Part shown: one piece after another, positions 5,912-14,848 of the stretch
Position numbering within the stretch: the stretch's first letter is position 1
Layout of the letters: each line of letters starts with the position of its first letter
IMG/VR virus record: IMGVR_UViG_3300001471_000024
Coordinates: 1 to 31,648 of that record
Source: a virus
Taxonomy: Duplodnaviria; Caudoviricetes
Length of the DNA: 31,648 nucleotides
Strand: one strand, 5' to 3'
Translations under genes and position numbers: made by a program
The notes under the pieces: model-generated
Database searches by the model: none
Told to the model about the DNA's origin: nothing
What the model saw: the letters and a program-made list of their open reading frames with translations, nothing else

Positions 5912-8432
5912 CCAACATACCGACAAGCAGCAATTAGCGCCGGGTATCGCTGCGCCTTATGAAGTATTCGAGGAGCAGCCCGTAAAGCTGGTTGACACGC
6001 AGATTGCGATTATCAAAGCGCAGGTGCAAAAGGTCGGCCAGAAGGACTTACCAGCATGGCGCGAGGAGATAATCAGCGCGTGGGAGATGCGGCTATTTGA
6101 TAGAGGCTTTCAGAACCTGCTCTACTCAAAGACACAGGGCTGGACGCTTCCCGCGCTAGGCTCAGGCTACCATCCGAACGATGCAGGCAGCCGGGCGATG
6201 TTCAACGCCAATATATTCTCTTCGTACAAGGAAATGATTGTCTCGGCGTTATCGAGGCAATTCCCACCGACACGCTTTGAGCCAAACGACGAGCAGAACG
6301 ATATAGACATCACCGCGGCAGAAGCAGCTTCTGACTTGCAGGACTCGGTAGAAATTAACATCGGCGGTCGGTCGTTGCTTCAGGACATAGACAGGCTGCT
6401 TTGCACCGATGGCCGCACAGTACTGGAGACGAACTATGTCAAAGACGCCCAAAAATACGGGTACGAAACAGACAGCACAGGAGTCGTCCCAGAGGATGAA
6501 GGAATTGGGGGAGAAGCTGGTGGAAGTGTTCAACCGGGAATGGGAGCCGAGGGTGGAGCAGGACAAGAGAATCCAATCTCTGATAATCAGGCTACACCGG
6601 AAACGGACGGGATGCAGCAAGGCGAAGCCATGCAAGGAATGCCTAGCAGCGAGGACGCGACCGTTCCGAGTGCCAGAACGCCGCGGGGCCGTGAAACCGT
6701 CGTAGCGCATGGCTCGCTAGAATCCAAACTCCCCATGAAGGCGAACTGTCTGGGCGACTGCGATTACGCCCAGATAAGCAAAGAAGTTCCTATCTCGATT
6801 GCTAAAGCGGAGTTCCCCGATAAGGCTAGCCAAATCTCCACATCAAGCGCCGGGCCGGGCGGGGATAATATCGCGCGGCTCGCGCGGGTCAATGTTAAGT
6901 TAGGCGTTGAGAACAACTTCCAGACTTCAGACTCCGTGGCTTACGACGTTACGAGACAAGTAACCTGGTTCCGGCCTTCGATATTCTACGACCCTGACAT
7001 CACCGAACCTATGCGTGACGACCTGCTCAAGATGTTCCCGAACGGCTGCCGTGTGGTCTACATGGGCGAGACGTTCTGCGAAGCGCGTAATATCTCTATG
7101 GATGACCACTTGACGCTGATACACGCAAGGTCGGGCGATGGAATGCACCGGGCTAGCTTGCTCAAGTGGCTGCTACCGATTCAGAAGGTGCTGAACAATC
7201 TGCTAGACCTTGCGAATGATTATCTGGTGCGCGGCGTTCCGATGACCTGGTTCCCAGCAGAGGCGTTCAGTAAAGAAGGCATCAAGGCGCAGACTAGAGT
7301 GCCGGGAGGATTTGACTTCTATGTGCAAGACCCCGGTAAATTCCCGAACGGAGTCAGAGAAGCAATCTTCGTCGAAGAGACTCTCCCCTTCCCAGAACAG
7401 CTTGTCGCCATCATCCAATGGTTATCTGGAGACCTTGCTCAATTACTCACCGGATGTTTCCCTGCTCTATTCGGGGGCGACACCGGAAGCAATGACACAA
7501 TGGGAGGAATCGAAATCCAGCGCGACCAGGCTTTGGGTAGACTCGGGCCAGTCTGGGGACGTATCAAAGAAGGACTCTCTAGCGTAATGCGGCAAGCGGT
7601 GATGTGTCTTTCAAAGTCTGGGCAGGACGTAATCAAGACAGTAGGCAAGGATGCCGTGCGCGTCGAAACTGCCGACCTCAAGGGCAACGTGTATTGTTTC
7701 CCTGAGACGGATGAGAACTTCCCGCTAACCTCCGCACAAACCGCCCAGAAGATTGAAGCCGCAATCCAATTAGCTATTACCAATCCTATGTTCTTGCAGA
7801 TTGTAGATGACCCAGGGAACCTGGAACTGGTCAAGAACACGATAGGAGTTAGTTCTCTGATTATTCCGCAACTGGCTTCCCGCGACAAACAACTAGGCGA
7901 GATAGAGATACTTCTCAAGGGCCAGCCTCTCCCTAATCCTAAACTCGATGAAGCGATGCAGAAGGTAGCGGAGATGGGGCCGCCCCCGCCGACACCGGAA
8001 GGCCAGCAGGTAGCACAGCAGATGCAACAGGCTATTGCGCAGATTCCGCCCGATACATCGAGCGTTCCTGTAAATCCCTGGGATGACCATGACATTGAGT
8101 CGATGACCTGCTTGGGAAAGATGCGTTCCCCGGAAGGCCGGGCGATGCAGAACGGGACGCAGGAAGAGCAGATGGGATTCCAGAATCTTGTGCTGCATTA
8201 CAACGAGCACGAAGCATTGCGACAGAAGAACCAGCCTCAGCAACAGAAGCCGCCGAGCGTGAGCATCAACCTCAAGGATTTGCCACCGAAGGGCGCAGCG
8301 CAAGCGGCAGCGAAAGCAGGAATAGTAGAAGGCCCAGAGGACTTTGAAGCTCAGGACGTGCAGCAGGCTGCGGAGAAGCATCCGCAAGTGCCTATTCCGG
8401 TCGTACCGCAACAGTCGGAGAAAGTACAATGA
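5901..8432 (+). CDS. portal protein (P22-like, long Pro/Gln-rich C-terminus)
   Basis: 843 aa between terL and scaffold/MCP. Portal-like segments include LLKWLLPIQKVLNNLL and LTGCFPALFGG...TMGGIEIQRDQAL; C-terminal SVSINLKDLPP. Confidence 0.85.
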   Translation: MDTSQHTDKQQLAPGIAAPYEVFEEQPVKLVDTQIAIIKAQVQKVGQKDLPAWREEIISAWEMRLFDRGFQNLLYSKTQGWTLPALGSGYHPNDAGSRAMFNANIFSSYKEMIVSALSRQFPPTRFEPNDEQNDIDITAAEAASDLQDSVEINIGGRSLLQDIDRLLCTDGRTVLETNYVKDAQKYGYETDSTGVVPEDEGIGGEAGGSVQPGMGAEGGAGQENPISDNQATPETDGMQQGEAMQGMPSSEDATVPSARTPRGRETVVAHGSLESKLPMKANCLGDCDYAQISKEVPISIAKAEFPDKASQISTSSAGPGGDNIARLARVNVKLGVENNFQTSDSVAYDVTRQVTWFRPSIFYDPDITEPMRDDLLKMFPNGCRVVYMGETFCEARNISMDDHLTLIHARSGDGMHRASLLKWLLPIQKVLNNLLDLANDYLVRGVPMTWFPAEAFSKEGIKAQTRVPGGFDFYVQDPGKFPNGVREAIFVEETLPFPEQLVAIIQWLSGDLAQLLTGCFPALFGGDTGSNDTMGGIEIQRDQALGRLGPVWGRIKEGLSSVMRQAVMCLSKSGQDVIKTVGKDAVRVETADLKGNVYCFPETDENFPLTSAQTAQKIEAAIQLAITNPMFLQIVDDPGNLELVKNTIGVSSLIIPQLASRDKQLGEIEILLKGQPLPNPKLDEAMQKVAEMGPPPPTPEGQQVAQQMQQAIAQIPPDTSSVPVNPWDDHDIESMTCLGKMRSPEGRAMQNGTQEEQMGFQNLVLHYNEHEALRQKNQPQQQKPPSVSINLKDLPPKGAAQAAAKAGIVEGPEDFEAQDVQQAAEKHPQVPIPVVPQQSEKVQ

Positions 8433-8731
8433 AGCCAATCGAACTTAGCATCGAGCTTGAACTTATCAGACATGCACTTCCCGAAAATATAGAAATGCAG
8501 GATTTAAGCCCGCAAGGACATCAGGTTTATGCATTACCGTTGTACGGACAAGACGGTAGGCCAACCCCTGACCAATATGTTTCCTACTTAAAAGAAATTA
8601 AAAAAGGACAAGGGGAAAAATATTGGTTTTATGGTCTAGAGTTTTCAATGTCTGGATCCCCGGAAGCTTTAAGGAAGAAGTTTTCTGACGCTGTACTAGC
8701 TTTTCAGGAGAAGATAAATGGCAGCAGGTGA
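8429..8731 (+). CDS. hypothetical protein (AT-rich)
   Basis: ATGA overlap with the portal stop and overlap with the scaffold start; visibly lower GC than its flanks. Confidence 0.65.
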   Translation: MKPIELSIELELIRHALPENIEMQDLSPQGHQVYALPLYGQDGRPTPDQYVSYLKEIKKGQGEKYWFYGLEFSMSGSPEALRKKFSDAVLAFQEKINGSR

Positions 8732-9992
8732 TGCAGCACTCATGGATGTTGGGGCCGTAGAAGCCCCGGTAGTCGATACACCCGAAGTTGATTCTGGCGC
8801 AGTCGAGCAGGTTGACCAACCGGAACAGCAGCAACAAACTGACGGAGCGCAACAACCGCAGCCTTCCTTTGAAAAAGACGGAAAGCCTTCGCAGGCTGCG
8901 CTCAAGTCAGCATTCCAGAAGCTGCGAGAGATAGACCCTAAGCTGGCCGAGCATATCCGCGGGCAGTACCACTTGGAAGGTTCTATCCGCAGCATGTTTC
9001 CCGGTGGAGTGCAAGAGGCCCGCGCATTAAAAGAAACATTCGACACGCTCGGCGGTGAAGAGGGCATTACCACTCTCCGCACTGAGGCGCAGGAATATGC
9101 CGACGAACTGGCGATGGTATCGGAAGGCAATCCGAAGGTCGTAGATAATATCTTCGCAAGCTCACCGGAAGGCGCAGCGAAACTTACAGAGTATTCCTTC
9201 AGTAAGCTGCGCAATGTTAACCCGGAACGCTACGCCGCTATTTCGATGTCGGGATTCTCTGACGTTCTCAGGCAGAACGGATTCCCTGATGGCGTGAACA
9301 CGATGGCCGCTGCTATCGGCGCACTCGTTGAGGACATCGCCAACGGCAAGCAGGAACGCGCACACGACCAAGCAAGCAATCTATCAGCATGGTTTAAGAA
9401 GTTCCAGCAGATGGGAGCAAAACCTGCTGGACAGCAGGACGTTGACCCGCGGCAGAAGGAACTCGACACCCGCGAGCAGACTATCAAGCAGCAAGAGGAA
9501 GCCAACTTCCGTACGGGTTTCAATACGAAGCTGAACTCGGAACTTGTCATCCCTTCCTTTAAGAAAATGATGGGGGAGTTCTTCAAAGGCAAGAATCTGA
9601 CCACCGAGCAGAAACAGCGCATTGAGAAGAACTTCTACACCGACTTGGCCGAGGAAGTTGCGAAGGATGAAGCGTTCAAGTCTAAGCGCGACATCGTGCT
9701 GAAGCGCAAGGACGAGAAGGCGCTGATGAATCTGTACCGTCCGCGTCTTGAGGAACTTGCGCCGAAGGTATTCAAGTCGGTTACAGCAGGGCTAGGCTGG
9801 CGGCGTGCGCCGAATGCAACGGACAATCTAGGAAATGGGAATGGCAACGCTAATCCCGCCATGCTAGGCGCCAAGCCCCGTAGCGAGGACATCAACTGGG
9901 ATAAAGACAAGTCTCGCGCCCGCTTCATGCGCGGAGAAGCCACCTTGCGAAATGGCAAGGAAGTGAAATGGGACTGGAACGCCGTAAAATGA
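8718..9992 (+). CDS. putative scaffolding/head assembly protein
   Basis: AGGAG SD; acidic disordered N-terminus and charged helical body; lies directly upstream of the MCP. Confidence 0.7.
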   Translation: MAAGDAALMDVGAVEAPVVDTPEVDSGAVEQVDQPEQQQQTDGAQQPQPSFEKDGKPSQAALKSAFQKLREIDPKLAEHIRGQYHLEGSIRSMFPGGVQEARALKETFDTLGGEEGITTLRTEAQEYADELAMVSEGNPKVVDNIFASSPEGAAKLTEYSFSKLRNVNPERYAAISMSGFSDVLRQNGFPDGVNTMAAAIGALVEDIANGKQERAHDQASNLSAWFKKFQQMGAKPAGQQDVDPRQKELDTREQTIKQQEEANFRTGFNTKLNSELVIPSFKKMMGEFFKGKNLTTEQKQRIEKNFYTDLAEEVAKDEAFKSKRDIVLKRKDEKALMNLYRPRLEELAPKVFKSVTAGLGWRRAPNATDNLGNGNGNANPAMLGAKPRSEDINWDKDKSRARFMRGEATLRNGKEVKWDWNAVK

Positions 9993-9998
9993 TTTTCC

Positions 9999-10164
9999 GA
10001 CACAACCGCGACGCAGGTCCACGCCTGCGATACCAAAAAGCGCAAGCGGAAGTGTCTTCAAAAGCGCGAATCATTAGAGACGCGCTGAAACAGGAGAAGT
10101 AGAGCGGGCGGCTGGAAACCGCCTGAGCCATTGCCCTGAATCTACAGGAGGATTCCGGCGAATG
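9999..10164 (+). promoter_or_regulatory. multi-hairpin structured leader upstream of the major capsid gene
   Basis: Stems: GACAC 9999/GTGTC 10052 enclosing CCGC/GCGG and CGCAGG/CCTGCG; AGCGCG 10063/CGCGCT 10081; GGGCGG 10106/CCGCCT 10119; CATTGCC..GAATC/GATTC..GGCGAATG 10129-10164. Confidence 0.6.
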
Positions 10165-10186
10165 AGAACGAGTATGAGAGCACCAC

Positions 10187-11530
10187 ATGGCCTCACCAGT
10201 TGCAGAAGCAGCGGTAGAGGGAATCGAGCTAGAAGCATACATGAAGCAGATTCCCGACCTCATCGGGAAGTTCAAGACGCTGTACAACAAAATCAAAGGG
10301 GCGGTTAAGACTTATCCGACTGCCTACATCACAGCAGCACCCGGCAATATCGGAGCGACGACAGGCGTGGCGCAACGACCTGCCTTCCGCGTTCCGATGC
10401 GCATTCAGTCCGGCTCTCCCATCCAACAGAATACAGGTGACGGTGACTCACTAGGGCGCGGAACCGGCTCGCAGTGGGTATCGGGCGACATTCAGCCTGT
10501 ATTCGTGGTGGGCGGCTGCGAAATTACCTACCTTGCACGCCGTGCAACTGACGGTGGCAAGCGTGCAATTACCACAGTCCGCTCTCAGGAGCTAAAGAAC
10601 GCTCTTGAAGTATTCATTCACGGACTGGAAACATTGTTCAACCGCGACGGTTCGGGAACGCTCGACCAGATTCCCACGACTGCCACGGTAAACAACTCAA
10701 CCGGAACGGGCGTGCAATACAGCTCGATTACGGGCATGAACAATGCGAATCAGTTCACCGACCAGCAGGTTGTGCAAGTATTCTCGGCGGTAGGCGGCAC
10801 AAACCGCGGCTCGTTCACTATCAGCTATGTGGACGGCGTGGCGAATGCCATCTACAGCTCGCAAGCACTGCCTACCGGCACAACTACCGGCGACTTCCTG
10901 ATGATTGCAGGAACCACCGGAGCCACCAATTCAAGCATCGCGGGAATTCAGACTTACCAGGTCAACGGAAACTCAGGGACAGTGCTCGGTATCACACGCG
11001 CTAACTTCCCTGGCCGCTTGTCCACTCCCACGATTAACTTGGCAGGCGGCGCTTTGACTCCCGTCGTTCCGTTCCGTGCGCAGGTGTTAGTTGACCGCGC
11101 ATTAGGGCCGGACACCGAGGAAGCAGAGTCCATGATTTGGTACACAGGGCCGGGCCAGCAAATCCAAATCAACAACCTGTACCAGAACGTGGTCATCGCC
11201 AATGCTCAGGAGATTAAGGGCGATGAGCAGCTTGACATGGTTAAGAAGTACATGCCGCAAACTTTCGGGGGCCGTGAACTGCTTATCGGCTACAACGCTT
11301 CACCCGGAAGAGTTGACGGACTGTGCCTCTCGACTTGGGGGCTGACAGAGTTGATTGAACCGTCACTGTACGATTTTGGCAACGGCGTAACCACGATGCC
11401 GGTGCCCGACCCGTCAGGAAATGGCTGGCTTACCAGCAACATCTTCTATCATCACGCATCTTTGAATCTTTTCAATTCTAATATGCGTGCTGGAGTGTAT
11501 GTACAAAACGCGGCCGAACCTGTAATATGA
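10187..11530 (+). CDS. major capsid protein (HK97 fold, with inserted beta-rich domain)
   Basis: 447 aa following the scaffold. Long helix (ELKNALEVFIHGLETLFNRDGSG) followed by an S/T/G-rich insertion, then SIAGIQ...VLGITRA, as seen in many podovirus capsid proteins. Confidence 0.85.
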   Translation: MASPVAEAAVEGIELEAYMKQIPDLIGKFKTLYNKIKGAVKTYPTAYITAAPGNIGATTGVAQRPAFRVPMRIQSGSPIQQNTGDGDSLGRGTGSQWVSGDIQPVFVVGGCEITYLARRATDGGKRAITTVRSQELKNALEVFIHGLETLFNRDGSGTLDQIPTTATVNNSTGTGVQYSSITGMNNANQFTDQQVVQVFSAVGGTNRGSFTISYVDGVANAIYSSQALPTGTTTGDFLMIAGTTGATNSSIAGIQTYQVNGNSGTVLGITRANFPGRLSTPTINLAGGALTPVVPFRAQVLVDRALGPDTEEAESMIWYTGPGQQIQINNLYQNVVIANAQEIKGDEQLDMVKKYMPQTFGGRELLIGYNASPGRVDGLCLSTWGLTELIEPSLYDFGNGVTTMPVPDPSGNGWLTSNIFYHHASLNLFNSNMRAGVYVQNAAEPVI

Positions 11531-11542
11531 TGATATAGTATC

Positions 11543-11577
11543 CCTAGCGGCTGGCTACAATCAGGCTGTCCGCTAGG
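11543..11577 (+). promoter_or_regulatory. hairpin overlapping the SD of the endonuclease gene
   Basis: CCTAGCGG (11543-11550) pairs with CCGCTAGG (11570-11577), covering AGG of AGGAGA before ATG 11585. Confidence 0.65.
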
Positions 11578-11584
11578 AGATGCT

Positions 11585-12052
11585 ATGCCACTTAAAGACC
11601 GCGATGCTTACAATGCATATCGAAGAGAGAAGTACAAAAACGACCCAGAGTTCAAGAAGAAAATACTTGCCCACACAACAGCGTGGTACGCTAAAAACAA
11701 AAAACGTCAGAATGCGTACCGCGCTGCTTGGGCAAAGAAAAACCGCAACGAGAACATCGAATACTTCAGGAATTATGAATTTGAACGGGAACTCAAGAAG
11801 TATGGAGTTAATCGAGAGTGGTATGATGCAAAGCTCGCAGAGCAAAATGGAGTCTGTGCGATTTGCCTTCAGCCCGAAAAGTCCGTTGATTTCAAGTACG
11901 GAAGGGTTCGGAGACTGGCAATCGACCATGGACACAAAAGCGGTAAGGCTCGTGGACTACTTTGCGGGAGATGCAATAAGTTTTTGTTCCCATTTGAAGA
12001 AGTTGAAAATTGGGCCGAGCGAGCTTTGCAGTATTTGAAGTCGTATGAATAA
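11585..12052 (+). CDS. endonuclease VII-family (His-Me finger) endonuclease, probably a free-standing homing endonuclease
   Basis: KYGV..EWY..L..QNGVCAIC...LAIDHGHKSGKARGLLCGRCN; basic N-terminal helices; AT-rich. Confidence 0.9.
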   Translation: MPLKDRDAYNAYRREKYKNDPEFKKKILAHTTAWYAKNKKRQNAYRAAWAKKNRNENIEYFRNYEFERELKKYGVNREWYDAKLAEQNGVCAICLQPEKSVDFKYGRVRRLAIDHGHKSGKARGLLCGRCNKFLFPFEEVENWAERALQYLKSYE

Positions 12053-12060
12053 ACAGGAGG

Positions 12061-12106
12061 CATTGTGTAGGGAGAGGCACATCCCGTTGTTTCTCCCTGC
12101 ATGATG
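12061..12106 (+). other. long intergenic RNA stem-loop (possible RNase III site or terminator)
   Basis: CATTGTGTAGGGAGA pairs with TCTCCCTGCATGATG (15 bp including 3 G-U), extendable inward; no U-tract. Confidence 0.55.
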
Positions 12107-12120
12107 TATCAGGAGAAAAC

Positions 12121-12519
12121 ATGAAACAGGCAACAGTAGAAACGCTAGCAGGCGCAGGATGCGAAACACCAGCGTTCAAGATGGAGGAATTCCCTCTTGA
12201 AGCATTGAATGATTTCGTCATCGTGCAGCGCAGGCAGTCGGCGGCAGTTATCAAAGAGGGGCAGCTTTATCTGAAGGATGAAACACTCTTTACCGCTCCG
12301 GGCGAGGCAAAGAAAAGCAATATAGGGAAAGTAATCGCAGTAGGAGAGGGGCGCATCATCGGAGGCAATTTGGTTCCTTTGAGTTTGAAAGTTGGGGACG
12401 AAGTTGTCATCACGAAGTACGGCGGTACAGATTTTGAACTAGATGGCGAGGAGTTTGTGCTGTTGAGAGTTGGTGAAGTGTACGCTCGAAGGAAAAATGC
12501 TGACTATTCCGCGACATGA
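12121..12519 (+). CDS. groES: co-chaperonin GroES (Cpn10) homolog
   Basis: LEALNDFVIV...GKVIAVGEGR...VPLSLKVGDEVVITKYGGTDFELDGEEFVLLR; AGGAG SD. Confidence 0.93.
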   Translation: MKQATVETLAGAGCETPAFKMEEFPLEALNDFVIVQRRQSAAVIKEGQLYLKDETLFTAPGEAKKSNIGKVIAVGEGRIIGGNLVPLSLKVGDEVVITKYGGTDFELDGEEFVLLRVGEVYARRKNADYSAT

Positions 12520-13180
12520 ACGATTAACCTGCCCTCCTGAATTTCAGGAGCTAATCACCGAGCGATTTGGACTCAATCGCTTCGATGAACCGAACTTCAA
12601 GATTGTGTGGGGGCAGACGGAGACAACGACAGTCGCAGGAATGGGAGTGTATGAACCGAGATTGCTTTGCAGTGGTGTAGCCTGCTGGAACATTCTTAGG
12701 TGGAAAGCACCGGAAGCGTTCGGGACGCCGGAGTCTTGGTATGCGGAGAACGCCGACCCGGACAACCCAGGATTTTCTATCCTCGGCCCTTACCCGGAGA
12801 AGGGAGCTTATGAAGTTCTCACTCCACTCGTTGAACAAAAAATAGTCGATGGAAAGTTGTCCGTGAAGTCTCTTCCTCTTGAGCACGTAATCATCGACAC
12901 TATGATTCCTTTGATTGAAATGGCTCAACATCTATCTAAATTTGAACTCATGGCGCTCAAAGCAGAAGAGGAGAGAAAAGAAAACGAGCGCATGGTGAAC
13001 GAAATAGCCGACCGCTTAGAGAGCGACCTACCTGCTTTCTATGGCCCGGTTTCCTATGAAGGCCAACGCAATCGGACGGCTCTGATTACCCGCAAGATGG
13101 AAGATGTAGAAAGAGTGTGGAGAAGCATTCCCGACAAGGTGCTCAGGAACCCGAGGCGCGGACTGTTTCAGAAGAACTAA
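12497..13180 (+). CDS. hypothetical phage protein
   Basis: AAGGA SD and ATG 12497 overlapping the groES end; 227 aa; no motif recognised. Confidence 0.75.
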   Translation: MLTIPRHERLTCPPEFQELITERFGLNRFDEPNFKIVWGQTETTTVAGMGVYEPRLLCSGVACWNILRWKAPEAFGTPESWYAENADPDNPGFSILGPYPEKGAYEVLTPLVEQKIVDGKLSVKSLPLEHVIIDTMIPLIEMAQHLSKFELMALKAEEERKENERMVNEIADRLESDLPAFYGPVSYEGQRNRTALITRKMEDVERVWRSIPDKVLRNPRRGLFQKN

Positions 13181-13196
13181 ATTCAGGAGGAACTAA

Positions 13197-13979
13197 ATGG
13201 CCGTAAACGCGACAATATCGAACGACAGCGACAACGCAGTAAGAATGAGCAAAGCGTTAGAGAAGCAGATGTCCGACCCTCCGCGCATGGTAGGCGACAT
13301 GAACGCAGGAAGGGAAATAAAGTACTGGGTTTACATATTCAATCTTAGCGCCATCGAGCAACGCATCCAGAGGCCGTGGGCGCACGGCGGATGCGTAGTT
13401 ATCCCGGCACGAGAGGAAGGCAAGGAGTACAGCGAGCCTTACGCAATTCCTGATGTGATTCAGGAAAAGAGATTCATCTCCGGGGCTAGCGAATTCTCAA
13501 CTGTTGGCCGGGACGGTAAGTTCTACGCCCAAGACGTTCTGAACCCAGACGACCCGATGGGAGATTGGAAGTCAGTGCGGCCAATCAATCAAGGACAGAC
13601 GACCAACATAGGAACGAACCTGTACAACTTCGGATGCTTCTGGACGCTCTCCAATCCACCGGAGCCGAAGGCGCTGGCAAAAGCGAAAGAGCGCATGGAG
13701 GCTTTCTACAATCAGAAGCTGCAAGAGGCCGAAACACTGTATGCGGCGCAGCAAGACCCGAAATACAACGGCGACCGCGTAGGCCTCGTTCATCACACCG
13801 CGGCTGACTACTTCAAGATTGAAACTGTGTGGCATCGGAAGTTCACGGCTACTCAGGATTGCCCCGGATGTGGAGGGACAATCAAGCAGGGCATCGTGCT
13901 CTGCCCGCATTGCAAAGCGGTGCTGGACGAGAAGCAGGCTAGGAAACTTTACCCGGAGATGTTTGCGGGGAAGGCCTAA
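13197..13979 (+). CDS. hypothetical protein with C-terminal zinc ribbon
   Basis: AGGAGG SD; CPGC...CPHC near the C-terminus. Confidence 0.8.
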   Translation: MAVNATISNDSDNAVRMSKALEKQMSDPPRMVGDMNAGREIKYWVYIFNLSAIEQRIQRPWAHGGCVVIPAREEGKEYSEPYAIPDVIQEKRFISGASEFSTVGRDGKFYAQDVLNPDDPMGDWKSVRPINQGQTTNIGTNLYNFGCFWTLSNPPEPKALAKAKERMEAFYNQKLQEAETLYAAQQDPKYNGDRVGLVHHTAADYFKIETVWHRKFTATQDCPGCGGTIKQGIVLCPHCKAVLDEKQARKLYPEMFAGKA

Positions 13980-13984
13980 AATCT

Positions 13985-14047
13985 TCATGGGAAGGATTGC
14001 ATTCAACGAACTCCCTCCTGAGGGTTTGCGTGCGGTTCTTCCCATGA
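13985..14047 (+). other. long intergenic RNA stem-loop (possible RNase III site)
   Basis: TCATGGGAAGGATTGCAT pairs with GTGCGGTTCTTCCCATGA (18 bp including 4 G-U); inner CCCTC/GAGGG dyad. Confidence 0.6.
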
Positions 14048-14056
14048 TGCTTACAT

Positions 14057-14848
14057 ATGCCCGTTAATCCAGTCCAGGCTTATCCGGTAGTCGAACAAGT
14101 TATGAATCGCGCGCGCGCGTACATCAACGACGCCTATCAGGGCGGAGCTGGACGCATTCTCACCGACACCGCTCCTTTCACTATCGAATACCTAAACGGC
14201 GCTTTGGAATATCTTCAGGACGAACTGCGCGACTACGATTCCATAACATTAGTGCGCGACAACTACATCATGACGCCGATTACTCCGGTCGTGAATGTTG
14301 ACCCCAGCGTTCAGATTAACGTGAGCTTCACGGGATTCTTCGATGGAACTATTCAGCATGCGCTGCCTACTCTTCCTTCAGATATGCTTGTGCCTCTTCA
14401 GCTATGGGAAAGGCAAAATGGTTCGGGCCTTCCGTTCACGTTGATGTTCCAGCCCCAAAACGGACTCTGTTCAGACTATCAAGGACAGATGCTCTATAAC
14501 TGGGAGTGGCGGAATGACGCAATCTGGATGCTCGGCTCAACCAGCATCGAAGACTTAAGACTTCGCTATCAGGCGCAGCTATTGCCTTTGTCTCCCTCCA
14601 GCACGCAAAACCCATTCTCAGAAGTAAGCATTGTGATTCAAGCCTCTACGGAAGCTATGGCGCACCTAGTAGCCTACCGTTACGCACGCGCCCGCGGTGC
14701 GCAGATGGCCCAACTCTTCAAGGCGGATGCCGATGACGCCTTGCGCAGCATCATGAATCGGTACGTAAAGCAAGACCAGGGAATCCGCCACGAGCGGCAG
14801 CCGTATAACCGTGATTCTGATGGGTGGAAGATTCCGGGGATGATGTGA
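14057..14848 (+). CDS. putative head-tail adaptor (tail tubular protein A-like)
   Basis: N-terminal helices (VEQVMNRARAYINDA...IEYLNGAL), TLPSDM motif, LRLRY and C-terminal helices; position after the head genes. Confidence 0.65.
   Translation: MPVNPVQAYPVVEQVMNRARAYINDAYQGGAGRILTDTAPFTIEYLNGALEYLQDELRDYDSITLVRDNYIMTPITPVVNVDPSVQINVSFTGFFDGTIQHALPTLPSDMLVPLQLWERQNGSGLPFTLMFQPQNGLCSDYQGQMLYNWEWRNDAIWMLGSTSIEDLRLRYQAQLLPLSPSSTQNPFSEVSIVIQASTEAMAHLVAYRYARARGAQMAQLFKADADDALRSIMNRYVKQDQGIRHERQPYNRDSDGWKIPGMM

Noticed and set aside
7439-8438. Long minus-strand ORFs (e.g. 7439..8095, 7893..8438, also 27359..27982 and 28888..29520)
   Set aside because: They are antisense shadows of well-supported plus-strand genes with no recognisable motifs.
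2715-11530. Intein, intron or stop-codon reassignment in terminase, portal or capsid genes
   Set aside because: The ORFs are uninterrupted under the standard code with ordinary lengths and no intein motifs; TAA, TAG and TGA all end genes in this window.
11580-12038. 152-aa alternative-frame ORF overlapping the endonuclease
   Set aside because: No motif, and the SD spacing favours ATG 11585.
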